From assembly GCA_951406725.2 (NCBI GenBank), contig OX597820.1, forward strand, positions 117,986,001 through 118,050,000: DNA of 64,000 nucleotides, read 5' to 3'. Positions within the stretch are counted from its first letter, which is position 1. Every line of letters begins with the position of its first letter. Position numbers and translations under genes: made by a program. The notes beneath the pieces were generated by a model that was not told the DNA's origin, made no database searches, and saw only the letters and a list, made by a program, of their open reading frames with translations. This document shows positions 29,968-44,359 of this stretch, in pieces. Source of the stretch: Octopus vulgaris (Eukaryota).

Positions 29968-30416
29968 ATCTATCTAGCTATCTATCTATCCATCTATCTA
30001 CCTTGCTATCGGTGATTTTATTTCATTCTCTCATCCAGCACTCAAGTAAAACTCGAAGACACAGGAACTGTTCACTTCAGTTTCCTCCCTTCTTCATTTC
30101 AGAAAATACTTGATAATTTTCTTACAGCCATTTCAAAACTAATTTTATTGAAAAATTTCTCATGAATAAAGAACGTGCACAAGTGGAACTCACGAGCCTC
30201 TCAACTATGGAAATGTGAAATTCCCTAAAAATATTGTTTAAACAGACATTGATTGTCAGCATTTCCTGTTCGAGGTTTGTTGTCTACAACATTATATTTG
30301 GAGGAAGAACCAGTTAAAAACTAATTTGTATCTTGATCTTCCACAAGACACCAGTCTTACACCAGTTTGTATTTAAACTTTGACTATAATTTTCGAACAC
30401 AATTTATTCTTTTATA

Positions 30417-30832
30417 GGCGCGGGAGTGGCTGTGTGGTAAGTAGCTTGTTTACCAACCACATGGTTCTGCGTTCAGTCCCACTGCGTGGCACCTTGGGCA
30501 AGTGTCTTCTACTATAGCCTCGGACCGACCAAAGCCTTGTGAGTGGATTTGGTAGACAGAAACTGAAAGAAGCCCGTCGTATATATGTATATATATATAT
30601 ATGTATATATATGTATGTGTGTGTGTTTGTGTGTCTGTGTTTGTCCCCCTAGCATTGCTTGACAACCGATGCTGGTGTGTTTATGTTCCCGTCACTTAGC
30701 GGTTCGGCAAAAAGAGACCGATGGAATAAGTACTGGGCTTACAGAGAATAAGTCCTGGGGTCTATTTGCTCGACTAAAGGCAGTGCTCCAGCATGGCCGC
30801 AGTCAAATGACTGAAACAAGTAAAAGAGTAAA
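30417..30832 (+). mobile_element. SINE-A, full length
   Basis: Near-identical to the 5102 and 8898 copies. Confidence 0.88.
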
Positions 30833-31178
30833 GGACCATTCGCTTCCCAGTTCTTGTAACTACCCATATATTCAATGTTTGTTCAATCGTCAGCGTATTC
30901 TGTACGTAACACAATGCTTGCACAGCATACGTTTAATAGATCGAGAACGTGACGACGATGAAAAGGCGCGAATAGGGTCACGTGCCGTACCTTAAAACGT
31001 GTTTAAATGGCAAAGCTAATCTCATTCCATTTAGAACTCTGCTGTAAATCGCAGGTACGTGTGGCAAATGAAAGTGAACCTGTTGAACCAGAAACGGAAT
31101 GTATTAAACAGAATCGGTTCATTTTGGAAGTCACTACAGCTCAAAGACTCTTTCATGTACACACACACACACGCACAC

Positions 31179-31209
<31 letters not shown>

Positions 31210-31327
31210 TACACACACACACATAGATACACACACACGCACACACACATACACACACAATCTCACAATTATAAACATCGATACATTGCTGTAAGCTCTT
31301 TTATCTTATTCTCTACAAAGTGTCTGC

Positions 31328-31371
<44 letters not shown>

Positions 31372-32038
31372 CAAAGAGAGAGGGAGAAGAGAGAGAGAGA
31401 AAGACAGACAAAGAGAGAGGGAGAGAGAGAATGTGTATGTGTAAGTCTGTGTGCGTATGTGTAAGTATGTGTGTGAATGTATTTTTGTATTTGTGCATGC
31501 GCGCGCGTGTGTGTATTTGAGGTGTGTGTGTGTGTACAAGAGAGTGCGTTTATGACTGTGTAGGTATATGTGTGTGTGACTGTCTGTGTATGAGTGTACG
31601 TCTGTGTTAGTGTGTGTGTGAATGAGAGTGTGAGCGTGCCTGTGTGTGAACACGTAAGTACATATAAACAAACTGAACAAAACAAAGAAAATAAAATACT
31701 GAATACAGATTATAATGTATTATCCGCTAACAGATGAAACACACGAAACGCGTAACTTTGTGTATCACGTTGCCGATTTCCAAACGATTACAAAAGAACA
31801 GAACGTAATATTTGATATATAAAATGAACGTACTGTGAAAATATTTGAATATCACAACAATCGCTTGTTGAATTACGTAGCATAACAGAAAGTTATTGGA
31901 TAATGGTGAAATATTGATTCAGAATATGTGAGCCATTGTGACATTTAGAGTACTGGAAATTTGAATGAAATATAAAGAACAATATAGTAAGCATAACAAT
32001 GTATATATATATATATATATAACAATACATACATACAG

Positions 32039-32095
<57 letters not shown>

Positions 32096-32199
32096 TATAC
32101 ATATATATATAAGGATATTTGAAAAGAACATTTATGTATATTTATGCAAAAATGTAAAAATGCTGGTTACTCTGCGCGCGCAGAATTTCTAAAAGTGCA

Positions 32200-32662
32200 A
32201 GGGAAATAACCCGAGGCGTTAATTTGTTTTAAAAATCGTTAACATACATAGATGCATACGCATATCCATATATAAATACATGTATACGCACATATATACT
32301 TATGTGTGTGGGAGTGTGTGTGTCCCCACACATACAGACACACAAATATATGCATAATGTATACAGACACACATATATAGAATATATACACACATGTATA
32401 GCTATATGTTAGGCATATATATATATGCATAACATATATATATATATATTATGTATATGCTTGCATATACGTGTGTATGTACGTGTGTGTGTGTACGTGA
32501 ATGCATATGTATATATGCATGCACGCACCATGCTCGTATATATGCGTATATATCTTACTATATCTCCTCTGCAAACACAATTTTACAAATTTTACAATAC
32601 GTGTAAGCGTATGTAAAAATGAATTATACATACACATGCGCATATATATATATATACATATA

Positions 32663-32753
<91 letters not shown>

Positions 32754-32786
32754 GCATACATAAATGCTTATATATATATATATACT

Positions 32787-32848
<62 letters not shown>

Positions 32849-32903
32849 CATATATATATATACATACATACATATATATATACATACATATATATATATA
32901 TAT

Positions 32904-32947
<44 letters not shown>

Positions 32948-33055
32948 GTTCATACATACATACATACATATATACGTACACTTACATATGTATGTGTATA
33001 TGAATGTATATATATATATATATATACATATATTTATGTGTGTGTATGTATATGC

Positions 33056-33098
<43 letters not shown>

Positions 33099-33525
33099 CA
33101 CACATATATATATACATATACACACATATATATATATGCACACGTACACACATATATATACATGCATATGTATATACATACATACAATACACAGACTTTT
33201 GTATGTACAGACTTTTTCTGAGTTATGGTGTAAAACCACAAACACCGCTCAATATACATCTGCACGCTTGTGTTGCAAGTGTGTAGACTTCTGCGTATAT
33301 GAAAAACAAACAAGCATTCATGCAATATTGTGCAAATGTCGACAACTGCGTGTGTGCAAAAAGTGCAATGAGGCGAAGGCAATATCCGGAGGCATTTGTG
33401 CGTTTCAAAAATCGGTATTACTTACACACGCATTCTTTCATACGTAGATGTATACTTTCATACATACATATATGCATACTTATATTAATTAATACGTACA
33501 AACCAACATGTATATATATATATAT

Positions 33526-33560
<35 letters not shown>

Positions 33561-33972
33561 AGTTTGTGTGTGAGTATGCATGTATATTCTATGTGTATGC
33601 ACGTATGTATGCTTGTGCATACTTATATAAATGTGCATGTATAAATATTATATATATATGTATGCATGTATGTATGCATGTATGTATGCATGTATGTATA
33701 TATGTATGTATGTATGTGTGTGTATGTATGTATGTGTGTGTGTATGTATGTATGTATGTGTGTATGTATGTATGTATGTGTGTGTGTATGTATGTATGTA
33801 TCTATCTATCTCTATATATATGTATGTGAGTGTGTGTGCATGTATGTGTGTTTATATATTAATATACTTATAATGTATAAGTATGTATGTATCTATGTAT
33901 ATACACATATATAAATATATATATTAATATACTTATATATGTATAAGTATGTATGTATAAGTATGTATATAT

Positions 33973-34007
<35 letters not shown>

Positions 34008-34130
34008 CACGCATTGTGTATATATGCATACGCATACATACACGTACACATACATATACATATGTACATGTGTACATATATATATGTGTGTGCATGTGTG
34101 TGTGTGTTGAATATTTATGCAAGACGTCGC
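32200..34130. repeat. Long degenerate (TA)/(TG)/(CA) purine-pyrimidine alternating tract
   Basis: Direct inspection. Similar tracts lie at 19818-20985, 37768-38305 and 44428-44900. Confidence 0.93.
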
Positions 34131-34175
34131 ATTAACGTAGTTGAACTATAGTTTTCTAACTTTTCTGTGTGTAGC

Positions 34176-34233
<58 letters not shown>

Positions 34234-34399
34234 TTCTTCATCTTCTACTTGCTAATGTGTGCTCCCGCGCACGCAGAAAATCGCTCACACACACACACAC
34301 ACATATATATACATGCACGCTGCACCTACTGTGCTCGTAATTTTGCGGAAAAGTGGAAGCTTTTCAATGCAACCCGATGAGAGAAAAGTGGAGAAATTT

Positions 34400-34978
34400 C
34401 TTTTCTACTCTAGGCACAAGGCCTGGAATTTTTTGGGGTGGGGGGCAGTCGATAAGATCGACCCCAGTGCGTAACTGGTACTTAAGTTATCGACTCTGAA
34501 ACGATGACAGGAAAATCGACCTCGGCGGAATTTGAACTCAGAACGTAGACAGACGAAATACCTATTTCTTTTACTACCTACAAGGGGCTAAACACAGAGA
34601 GGACAAACAAGGACAGACAATCGGATTAACTGGATTATATCGACCCCAGAGCGTAACTGGTACTTATTTAATCGAGCCCGAAAGGATGAAAGGTAAAGTT
34701 GACCTCGGCGGAATTTGAACTCAGAACGTAGCGGCAGACGAAATACCTATTTCTTTATTACCCACAAGGGGCTAAACATAGAGGGAACAAACAATGACAG
34801 ACATATGTATTAAGTCGATTACATCGACCCCAGTTCGTAACTGGTACTTAATTTATCGACCCCGAAAGGATGAAAGGCAAAGTCGACCTCGGCGGAATTT
34901 GAACTCACAACGTAACGCAGACGAAATACCGCTAAGCATTTCGCCCGGCGTGCTAACGTTTCTGCCAGCTCGCCGCCT
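34400..34978 (-). mobile_element. SINE-B trimer: one head + three bodies, the last body carrying the alternative tail
   Basis: The core repeats three times with junctions AAAGAAATAG|GTATTTCGTCTG. The terminal unit ends ...AAATTCCAGGCCTTGTGCCTAGAGTAGAAAAG. Confidence 0.88.
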
Positions 34979-35252
34979 TAAGAGTGAAGAATATTGAGAA
35001 GCATATTTTAATATGCTGGCCATTGATAGAATTTTTTTCGAAATATTCTATCCTATATTAGATGTTAATTTAAAAGTGTTCACTTCCGGACACTCGCACT
35101 TTACGAGAGCTTTTCGGTTCGAATCGCACGCGTCTCGAGGTGTGCTTGAGAATTTCTATTTTGGATATATTTGGGGTACTTAATTGTGCTCGTGTCTTAG
35201 TGCTCGCTTCTTCCATGGGTATAAGTAAGTATTTCACTTATTTCTTTACCGC

Positions 35253-35378
35253 ATTTATCACTGATGAAGCGAAGGTTCTTATGAACTAACTCTGAAATCG
35301 GGTTCGATATGGTAATAACGGAATTTTTAAAGAAATTTCTGTCTGCTTTCTTTGAAACACGTGCTTGTAGTGATAAAT
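35253..35378 (+). ncRNA. Hammerhead-like motif with a long stem II insertion
   Basis: ATTTATCA-CTGATGA...~85 nt...GAAAC-ACGTGCTT-GTA-G-TGATAAAT. Stem I has 8 bp but its register is off by one nucleotide. Confidence 0.55.
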
Positions 35379-35544
35379 TACATGGTTTTTGACGTTGTGT
35401 CTATTTTCGGCATATTTTGGCATTAGAAATTTTTTCTTTTGCTCTTACTTATAAATTGTTTATAAATTTAACCTTTAAAGGTATTTTTTAATATGCTGCC
35501 CATTGACAGAATTTTTTTCGAAAAATTCTATCCTATATTAGATG

Positions 35545-35598
<54 letters not shown>

Positions 35599-36186
35599 TA
35601 TATATGTATGTATATACATATATATATTTTTTAATAATTTTTTAATAATATATTATTAATATTAGGAAATCAATATCAGATAAATCCTCACTATAGTTGT
35701 AAAATTGATTTTTTTAATTACCCACAAGGGACTATACATAGATGGAACAATACAAACATAAACTCGGGGAACTTAAAATACAAAAAGAGGATGAATTAAG
35801 TCGAAGAAATTAAAGAAATCGAATGAAATATGAAAAGATAGAATAATGAAGCGCAATGCTCACTCGATCCCCGAAGTCGAGTGGTTACATTTCGACAGTT
35901 TTTTTCCTTTTTTCATAAATGAATTACAATAGAATTTTCGACAGTTCTTTTCCCTTTTTCATAAATTATTTTCAAAAATAATGCATTTTTCCTTTCAGGT
36001 TTCTTATATTCTATTATGGGAGGTGGGTACTCCAGTAACCGACACCAATTGTCCAGTTTTATGTTCTTTATGAAGACCTCCTTCAATTTGACGTAACTAT
36101 CCGTTTCTACCAAAACACCGACATCATCTACGTCAAAGTTGTCTCCCACCTTTACTCTTGCCACTCCCTTCGTTTTCGTCCTTCTT

Positions 36187-36330
36187 TACGTTCTGAGTTC
36201 AAATTCCGCCTAGGTTAATTTACTTTTCATCCTTTCGATAAAATAAGTGCCATTCGATCACTAGGATCAATATAATCGATTAGCCTCTTCCTCGAAATAA
36301 CTGACCTTGTATCAAAATCCGGAACCAATA
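36187..36330 (+). mobile_element. 5'-truncated SINE-B with the alternative tail
   Basis: TACGTTCTGAGTTCAAATTCCGCC...TTTTCATCCTTTCG...CTCGAAATAACTGACCTTGT. Confidence 0.7.
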
Positions 36331-37305
36331 TTACTGACTGGAGATTATAGTCATTTAGTCTCCGCATCTTGATTGTTATAGTCACAAAATTTCTGCAATC
36401 GATGAAGGCCAGGTTGGGTACAACAGTCCCCACCCCGGGCCTTCTTCAGGTGCTGGTCGCATCCGGAAATGTTCTCGGAATTTGTAATTGAATCTTTTGT
36501 GAAATACCGAGGTTTGATTGTTCTTATTCCGTTGTTTGCATCATTGACAATCTCCATGTTAGTCTACTAATTAATTGGGAACAAAGGATAAAATGGGACC
36601 AAGCAGCCGAGTGTCCACTTTCCTGGAAGGAACGCTAGAGTACTGACCAGGGGAAAATTGTCCTTTCCCCATGTGTACTGCCGTCGATGTCTTGCCGCTC
36701 CCAAATAGCCTTAAATTACGGGGCAAAGAAGAGGACCTTTGTAAGCATTTTAGAGTTGCTATATTCTGGCTGGAAGTGTTACAAATATAGGCAGGACAAA
36801 GTCCTTTCATATGACGATAAATGGACGGACTTGCAGCGATTTAATGCAAACAAACAGTAGCCCTTACCACCAAAAGATATCAAATTACTACCGGAAAGTG
36901 ACAAGTCTCTTAATACGAAGGATATGACAGAGGATATCCGTTTTCAGTTTAGCATTGAGCCTCAGACTCTGAGGTTCAAGATGACCAGCAAAACAAACTC
37001 GTCTTCCCCGAGGTGGCGGCAGCAATATCACTCCGATCAGACGTGTCCTACGTTCGAAGAGCGCGAAAATAATCGTCGTGGCTGAAGTTACAGTACGGTG
37101 GGTGGACTGGGTGTCACATACTTAACATTTCTCACTGGCTGAAGACAACCAAGTACTAGGACTGGTCCATGGATGGTACGCGACCTCATTCCCTAACGAG
37201 GTCGGTTGTCACTTCTTTCCGGATAGATCGGTTCATTTCCAGCATAAGAAATGGTTTAAAACCCGAACAACTGAAGGAAATCACCCCAAAGACTGGCACA
37301 TCAGT

Positions 37306-37358
<53 letters not shown>

Positions 37359-37490
37359 TGTACCTGCATAGCAAGTGATTTGATCTGAGATCGCGTGCTG
37401 AAACGAAAACAATTGCAGCGTGGAAGGTGTTTGTAAGCCATTTAAGAAACACACACAAGCCGTTCGATTCACTTCAACATTTAAGTTTAA

Positions 37491-37541
37491 TTTGTCAAAA
37501 TATTTTCGTCGCTTTAAGACCGCCACCTGTTCACTGACAAA
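37491..37541 (-). ncRNA. Candidate hammerhead variant with swapped 3-8 pair (GUGAACA core)
   Basis: The minus strand reads TTTGTCA-GTGAACA-G-GTGGC(GGTCTTAAA)GCGAC-GAAAATATTT-TGACAAA. Confidence 0.5.
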
Positions 37542-37763
37542 AATCCGTGCTGGAGTTCAACGCAGATGTTATTTAAATTTTAATAACATCGGCGTTCAAC
37601 TCCATTTATTTACTTATACTACACAAATTACTGCACATTAACCCGGAGTTTCTACCTTTGAATAGGTCGCTTCATCCGTGTTACTTGCGTGAATTTTGCT
37701 ACCCTGGTAACAGTTTATTGAATTTTCTATGTTAACGGTAAACAAAGGAGAATTCTTTCATCC

Positions 37764-37812
<49 letters not shown>

Positions 37813-37855
37813 TAGATATAAATAAATATATATATACATATATATATATGCATAT

Positions 37856-37907
<52 letters not shown>

Positions 37908-37953
37908 TAGATAGATATATATAAATAAATATATATATACATATATATATATG

Positions 37954-38016
<63 letters not shown>

Positions 38017-38058
38017 TACATATATATAAATATATATACATACATGCATATATATTAT

Positions 38059-38090
<32 letters not shown>

Positions 38091-38235
38091 CTATACCTAT
38101 ATACATACATATATATTACACACACATATATATATATATATATATACATATATATGTATATAAATACGTATACATGTATATGAGTGTGTGTGTATATGTA
38201 TACGTACATACACATCCATACATAAATATACACGC

Positions 38236-38268
<33 letters not shown>

Positions 38269-38730
38269 TACACGCACAGACAGATATACACACGCACACA
38301 CATACTTCAAACTACCAGTCAAATACCTTTCTACTGACCATTCCTCTACGAACATGTGCAGAAACACACAACTTCACAAACGACCACCACTCCTGTTACC
38401 ATGTTGCTGAATTCTTCCTACAACATTAAGAGACACAAAGTTTGCTCACACATATACAGATAAACAGCCCAAACCACACATACACAATACACACAACACA
38501 TACACACACATACGGACACTCACGTGCTATTACACACACACACACACACACACAGACTTGCGGGCACGCACATACCCACCTCCCCCGCACATACACCCTT
38601 CTCTTACACTCTCCTATCTTAGAAAGAACTTTTTCTTCAACCATTCCCTTCTGGTCATTTCAAAATGCAACCACGTGTGAATCGATGGCGATTTTCCTTC
38701 TCCGTCTTCCTTTCTACTGGACTTTCCACT

Positions 38731-38766
38731 GTTTCTGAAGAAGAGCGTCTGCTCGAAACGTTAAAC
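38731..38766 (+). ncRNA. Minimal (dimer-type) hammerhead motif
   Basis: GTTT-CTGAAGA-A-GAGC(GTCT)GCTC-GAAAC-GTT-AAAC. Confidence 0.72.
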
Positions 38767-40380
38767 CATCTTTCTTTCCTCCCCTGAGTGTCTGCTAATA
38801 CTTTACATGTACCACGTCCTCGCGCTGTTGTGTCTTTTGTTTGTTCTTCTTCTTCTTTTGCATTTACTATATATATGTGTATATATATATACATACATGC
38901 ATACATACATATATACATACATACATACATACATACATACATACATACATACATACATACATACATACATACATACATACATACATACATAATATGTATG
39001 TGTGTGTGTGTGTGTGTGTATGTATATATGTATGTATGCATGTATGTATATATATATACATACACTACATGTATATATACATACACACACTACATACACA
39101 TGTGCAAGTCTATATCTATTTAATCTGTATGAATTTATTAATGGTTCAGGATCTCTCTTTAGTTTATATTCTTCATTTTCCTTTATCTTTTCAATACATG
39201 TATTTATATATACATTTATATATATATGTGTGTGTGTATGTATATATATATATATGTATATACATCTGCGTATACATAGACATGCATACAGACGGACACA
39301 CAGAGACAGACACAGACGCACACACACAAACACACATCGACACAGAGACACACAGACACACAGATACATACACCCACACAAATATATGTGTTTATTTGTG
39401 TATATATATATGTATTTGCAGGCAGCATGATATGTGTTAATGATAAATAAGAAATCTGAATTACTATAACAACATTTTCTTTTTCTTAAAACTTCATCAA
39501 ATCAACAAAGAAGCTACGTAAGATCGCTGAGCAGAAGCCACTTCTAACACACTGCATCTGACAGCTTTGTTTTGTTGGCGTTATTGCAATGGCGGAAAAG
39601 AAGAATGTTAGTAAATAGCTGTTAGAATATTTTTATGGATAACAAAATGGCATCTAGCAACAGAACTATTGTTAGTAGCCTTGGTAGAGCAAATGTTTGC
39701 TTGTATTATATATGTTTGTTTTGTATCATTTCTACACGTATACACACAAGTACGCCTCGATAAGTTTTAAGTCTATAAGATTCGTATCAATGCTGCTGCA
39801 TGTTTGTGCCATCTGAATTCTGTACCAAGACTGTATCTGATTCGTAAAGCACCCATGGTTGCAATGTCTGCAAATAAATCTTCGACATCGGTGGAATCCC
39901 ACTCCTGCCTGCGTGTTACCTCTTACACTTTTCTTGGCCAATCCTATGTGCTTTGGCATAGACCTGCCACGGTTCTTGTTGGTTTCCTTTGGCTGTTTTA
40001 TTAGAAGGCACCGTCTTGTCGGTTAGATACGGGAGACTGGCTACACCTGCTTGGGTCCATAGAACATGAACCAAAAGAAATATCAGAAGCATGCGTGGTG
40101 CCCCTTTGGATGGTTGTTAATACAAAGGGAAGTAACTAGCTTCTCACAGTGAGGCAGGAATAGAGATTTGGATATAGAATCAAGGAATACGATAAAGCAT
40201 TTTGTCTGCTCCCCTTGCGATTCCGTCTCTCTACCATCTAAGATTGGTGCTTTGTTTTTATAGAATTCCAGAAGAATAACAGACAAAGTCGAATTCGGCA
40301 GTAAGAAGACAAAGAGCCGGAACCAATCCAATTAGGAATTTTGTCCGACGCTGAAGCGATTATGCTAATTTTTCAATGAA

Positions 40381-40688
40381 GACGCATGGTTTTGTGGTTA
40401 GGATATTCAGTTTACGATCGTAAGGCAACGAGATCAATTCCTGGTGGCGCGTTGTATCCTTGAGCAAGACACTTTATTTCACGTTGCTCCAGCTGGCAAA
40501 AATGAGATGTACCTGTGTAATTCACAAGGCCGGCATTATCACACATTATCACGCTGAATCCCTCCGAGAACTACATTAAGGGTCCGTGTGTCTTGAGTGC
40601 TCAGCAATTTGCATAGTATTTCACGAGCAGGCTGTTCTGTCGATCGGATTAAATGGAACCCCCGTCGTCGTAACCGACGGATTGCCGG
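40381..40688 (+). mobile_element. SINE-D: CORE-like tRNA SINE
   Basis: TCCTTGAGCAAGACACTTTA core and 3' GTCGTCGTAACCGACGG. Other copies lie at ~13708-13943 (+) and ~41478-41722 (-). Confidence 0.72.
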
Positions 40689-41105
40689 TTTCCATTAAGT
40701 TGATTTATCGCTTTTCTAAGACATTTATCAGCACCAATATATAACTGAAGCCCATCCCCCAAGAAACCAGGCTCTTCAACAGGATATGGACCTATCCTAT
40801 CGAATTCTGGGTGATTTCATTAACCTTAAGATTTTTTTGATGTGTTCTATGTTTTGTACGGCAACCATTTCATGAAATTTACGCTTAAAATTTAAAATCA
40901 AAAATGTTAAAGAATACTTTGTACTTATATTCTTCGTATTAATTCTGAAGTTTATGTGTGACGCAAGTATGGTTGTGTGGTTAGTATGCTCAGTTTGTAA
41001 GCACGAGGTTTCGAACCACAGGGCAAGTGTCATTTACTGTAGCTTCGAATCGACCAATGCTTTGCGAGTGAATAATTTGATAGACGGAATCTGTGCAGAA
41101 GTACG

Positions 41106-41140
<35 letters not shown>

Positions 41141-41149
41141 TTATTTCAT

Positions 41150-41191
<42 letters not shown>

Positions 41192-41353
41192 CCACTAAAC
41201 CTTTTTTTATTTTCTCTCCCTGTTTATTTCTGTGTTCCTTTTTTGTCGAAGAGCATAGGTTCGAAACGTAAAAGTCTTTCTCACTTCCAGTGCGTTAAAC
41301 TAATACATCTGCTTGTTGTTTATACACCCGTCTTCGTCTTGTGTTTTTTCTGT

Positions 41354-41464
<111 letters not shown>

Positions 41465-42344
41465 CTATATCTATATAGGTTGCGATGACGAGTGTACCAG
41501 CTGATCCGATCATCGGAACAGCCTGTTCGGAAAATTAACGTGCAAGTGGCTGAATATTTCATAAAAAGGCATACGCTTAATGCAAATATCAGGGAGATTC
41601 ATTGTGACAGAGAATGTGGCAAGCCTGGCCCTTTGATATACAAACACATCTCATTTTTGGCAGTTTAGTGAACTGGAGCAACGTAAAATAAAGTGTCTTG
41701 CTCAAGGACACAACACATCGCTAGGAATATTGCTCACATTGTCTCGCCCGGTTTCAGGTGTTTCTTAACACTCGGGTGTCTTAAAGGGGCATTTTCCTGG
41801 CGCTGTCCCACGTATGAGGAGTGTATAAACAAAAACTCACGCAGTAAGTATGAAGTACGGACAATGAAATGCTTACCTGTGCCGATTTAGGAGATGTCAA
41901 TGGTATATATCGGCTCTTTGTTGTCTTTAGTTACGCAGTTGGCTAATTAATGTAATACATTCTTAAACACGTCCAGCCAAACAAGATGGCGGTCCTCACT
42001 TCTGATTCGATGACGATCGATCCAGGTTTCTATAAACGGAATTACCCACTCACTGTATTCTAAATAATGTGGTCGTGTACTCCACAGACACATGTAACCT
42101 TCTAATGTAATTCTGAGATAAAATCAATATGAAGTACTGTAATAAACCTTCGAATTACAAAGTCAATTTATCTCATCAATTCTCCCTACAAACTTGCGTC
42201 GTATAACGCTAGACACCATTTGCCCAAGGCTACTGGCTTAGGTATTGAACCCGAGAAATCATAATTACAAGCAAGCTACTTAATCATTTAGCGATGTCAT
42301 ACATCCATTCATAACAGCCTACAGACTTACATACTTACCCACCA

Positions 42345-42715
42345 TCCTACCTACCTACCTACCTACCTACCTACCTACCTACCTACCTACCTACCTACCT
42401 ACCTACCTACCTACCTACCTACCTACCAACCTATTTACCTCTCTTCCTCTTTCCCTCCTTCCCTCCATCCTCCTTCCCTCCCTCCCCACCCACATCCCCA
42501 CCTACCCACTTACCTTTCTTCTTACCCAACTTCTTACTTACCTACCTACCTAGCTATCATCTACCTACATACATACCTACCTACGTATCTACATACCTAC
42601 TTACCTACTTACCTACCTACCTACCTATCTACCTACTTACCTACCTACAACCTACCTACCTACCTACCTACATGCATACCTACCTACTTACCTACCTACC
42701 TACCTACCTACCTCC
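42345..42715. repeat. (CCTA)n microsatellite block
   Basis: Direct inspection. Confidence 0.92.
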
Positions 42716-42782
42716 ATACATTACACACGCACACATACATACACACACGCACAGACAGAGTATAATCCTATTGTAAGTTATC

Positions 42783-42826
<44 letters not shown>

Positions 42827-43197
42827 AAAACCCGCACAGAACCCGCGTAATCTGGACCACGTACTCTGTGCACAATGGAAAACACAATGGTTTCGTTGTG
42901 TTATGTAGTTTCAGCGAGTTTTTCTTCGTTACTATTTATTTTTTCTCTATTTTAGAGATTTATTCATTTATTTATGTCGCCTTTCAACAAAGTTTGCCAA
43001 ACAGTGTAATGTTGTGAACGCTTCAATGGTGACTGACTCCTTCAATTCGACTGCAGCTGGTGGCTAGATGCACAGCAACGAGCCAATCTAATTTCGAATG
43101 CTCTTGACATTTAGCCTGCCTCCACATTTGATGTCATGACTACTTGCAAGTTAAGAGCTTCCATAGAACAGTAGCTTCAGATGTGTGTGTCTGTATA

Positions 43198-43244
<47 letters not shown>

Positions 43245-43444
43245 ATGTATGTATGTATGTATGTACGTGTGTGTGTATGTATGTATGTGCGTGTGTGTTT
43301 GTGAATGCATGTTAGTATGTAGTTATTTGCATGCATGTATGCATGTATGTATGCTTGATTGTATACACATATACATATACAAGCGTGTATATATATACAT
43401 AGTGCACATGTGTATTTATAGAAGTATATACATGTGTGTGTATG

Positions 43445-43484
<40 letters not shown>

Positions 43485-43570
43485 CATAGTGTATATGTCT
43501 ATTTATAGAAGTATATATATATATGAAAATATATATGAAAAGATAAATGTATGTATATATATATGTATGC

Positions 43571-43617
<47 letters not shown>

Positions 43618-43643
43618 CGTATTTATATGTATGTGTACAGATA

Positions 43644-43960
43644 TATTGGGTCATTCCATAAATAACGTGATTTTTTTAATTACATCAGCCAAAAGTCAGA
43701 GGAGGTCCTGCATTTACTTGCTATAAAAGCAGGTAGCAATTTTACCTTGTACTTATTCTTAGTGCAAGTTTTGAAGAGTGCAGTTCGATTTTAACTGTTA
43801 ATTTTCCAAAGCTATAATGGAAGTAACAAAGGAGCATCTGATTATCATTTATTCTGCAGTCATAATGGTGTCAATAAGACCCAAAGGTGACAAGTAATGC
43901 TGAGTAAGTGCTATGGACAGACCATAGTTAAGCTCCAGGTTCGGTGATTATGCGAATAAG
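43644..43960 (+). mobile_element. Possible degraded mariner 5' end
   Basis: TA|TTGGGTCATTCC terminus and ATGGAAGTAACAAAGGAGCAT (MEVTKEH), reminiscent of mariner N-termini. No intact ORF. Confidence 0.35.
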
Positions 43961-44070
43961 GAGTCCAACGTAGGTCATATATCAGCATGTGTATATATAA
44001 AATTTTTTTTTCAGAATGAGATAAAAAAAACCCAACACTGTGAAGGTTTTAGAACATTTATAAATAGAAG

Positions 44071-44118
44071 GTCTTACAGCTGTTTCAAGGATATTTATTA
44101 TATCTCTTCATCGGAGAC
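44071..44118 (-). ncRNA. Second copy of the same hammerhead motif on the opposite strand
   Basis: The minus strand reads GTCT-CCGATGA-AGAGATAT(AATAA)ATATCCTT-GAAAC-AGCT-GTA-AGAC. Confidence 0.75.
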
Positions 44119-44311
44119 GGTTTGAGAAAATGGTTAAGCAATAGTTAGTGATGGGGCAGAGGGTGGGGTAGTAGTATGGAATGAAGAATTTAGGAATATA
44201 GATCAGGTGGTTGGACAGGTCAGTGCTTAGTAGTAGTAGAAAATATATATGTGAATATGTATACATATGTATATATTAGACATGTATATTGCTTAACCCT
44301 TTTCTCACACC

Positions 44312-44359
44312 GTCTCCGATGAAAGGATATAATAAATATCCTGGAAACAGCTGTAAGAC
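44312..44359 (+). ncRNA. Minimal type I hammerhead ribozyme motif (U4C core) in a Penelope-like inverted-repeat module
   Basis: GTCT-CCGATGA-A-AGGATAT(AATAA)ATATCCT-G-GAAAC-AGCT-GTA-AGAC: stems I and II pair, and loop III is palindromic. Confidence 0.8.

Noticed and set aside
31725-31760. Hammerhead-like CAGATGA...GAAACGCGTA
   Set aside because: The core is altered and no stem I or stem II pairing is evident.
32501-33829. Y/I/C/V-rich ORFs up to 261 aa
   Set aside because: These are translations of (TA)/(TG) repeats.
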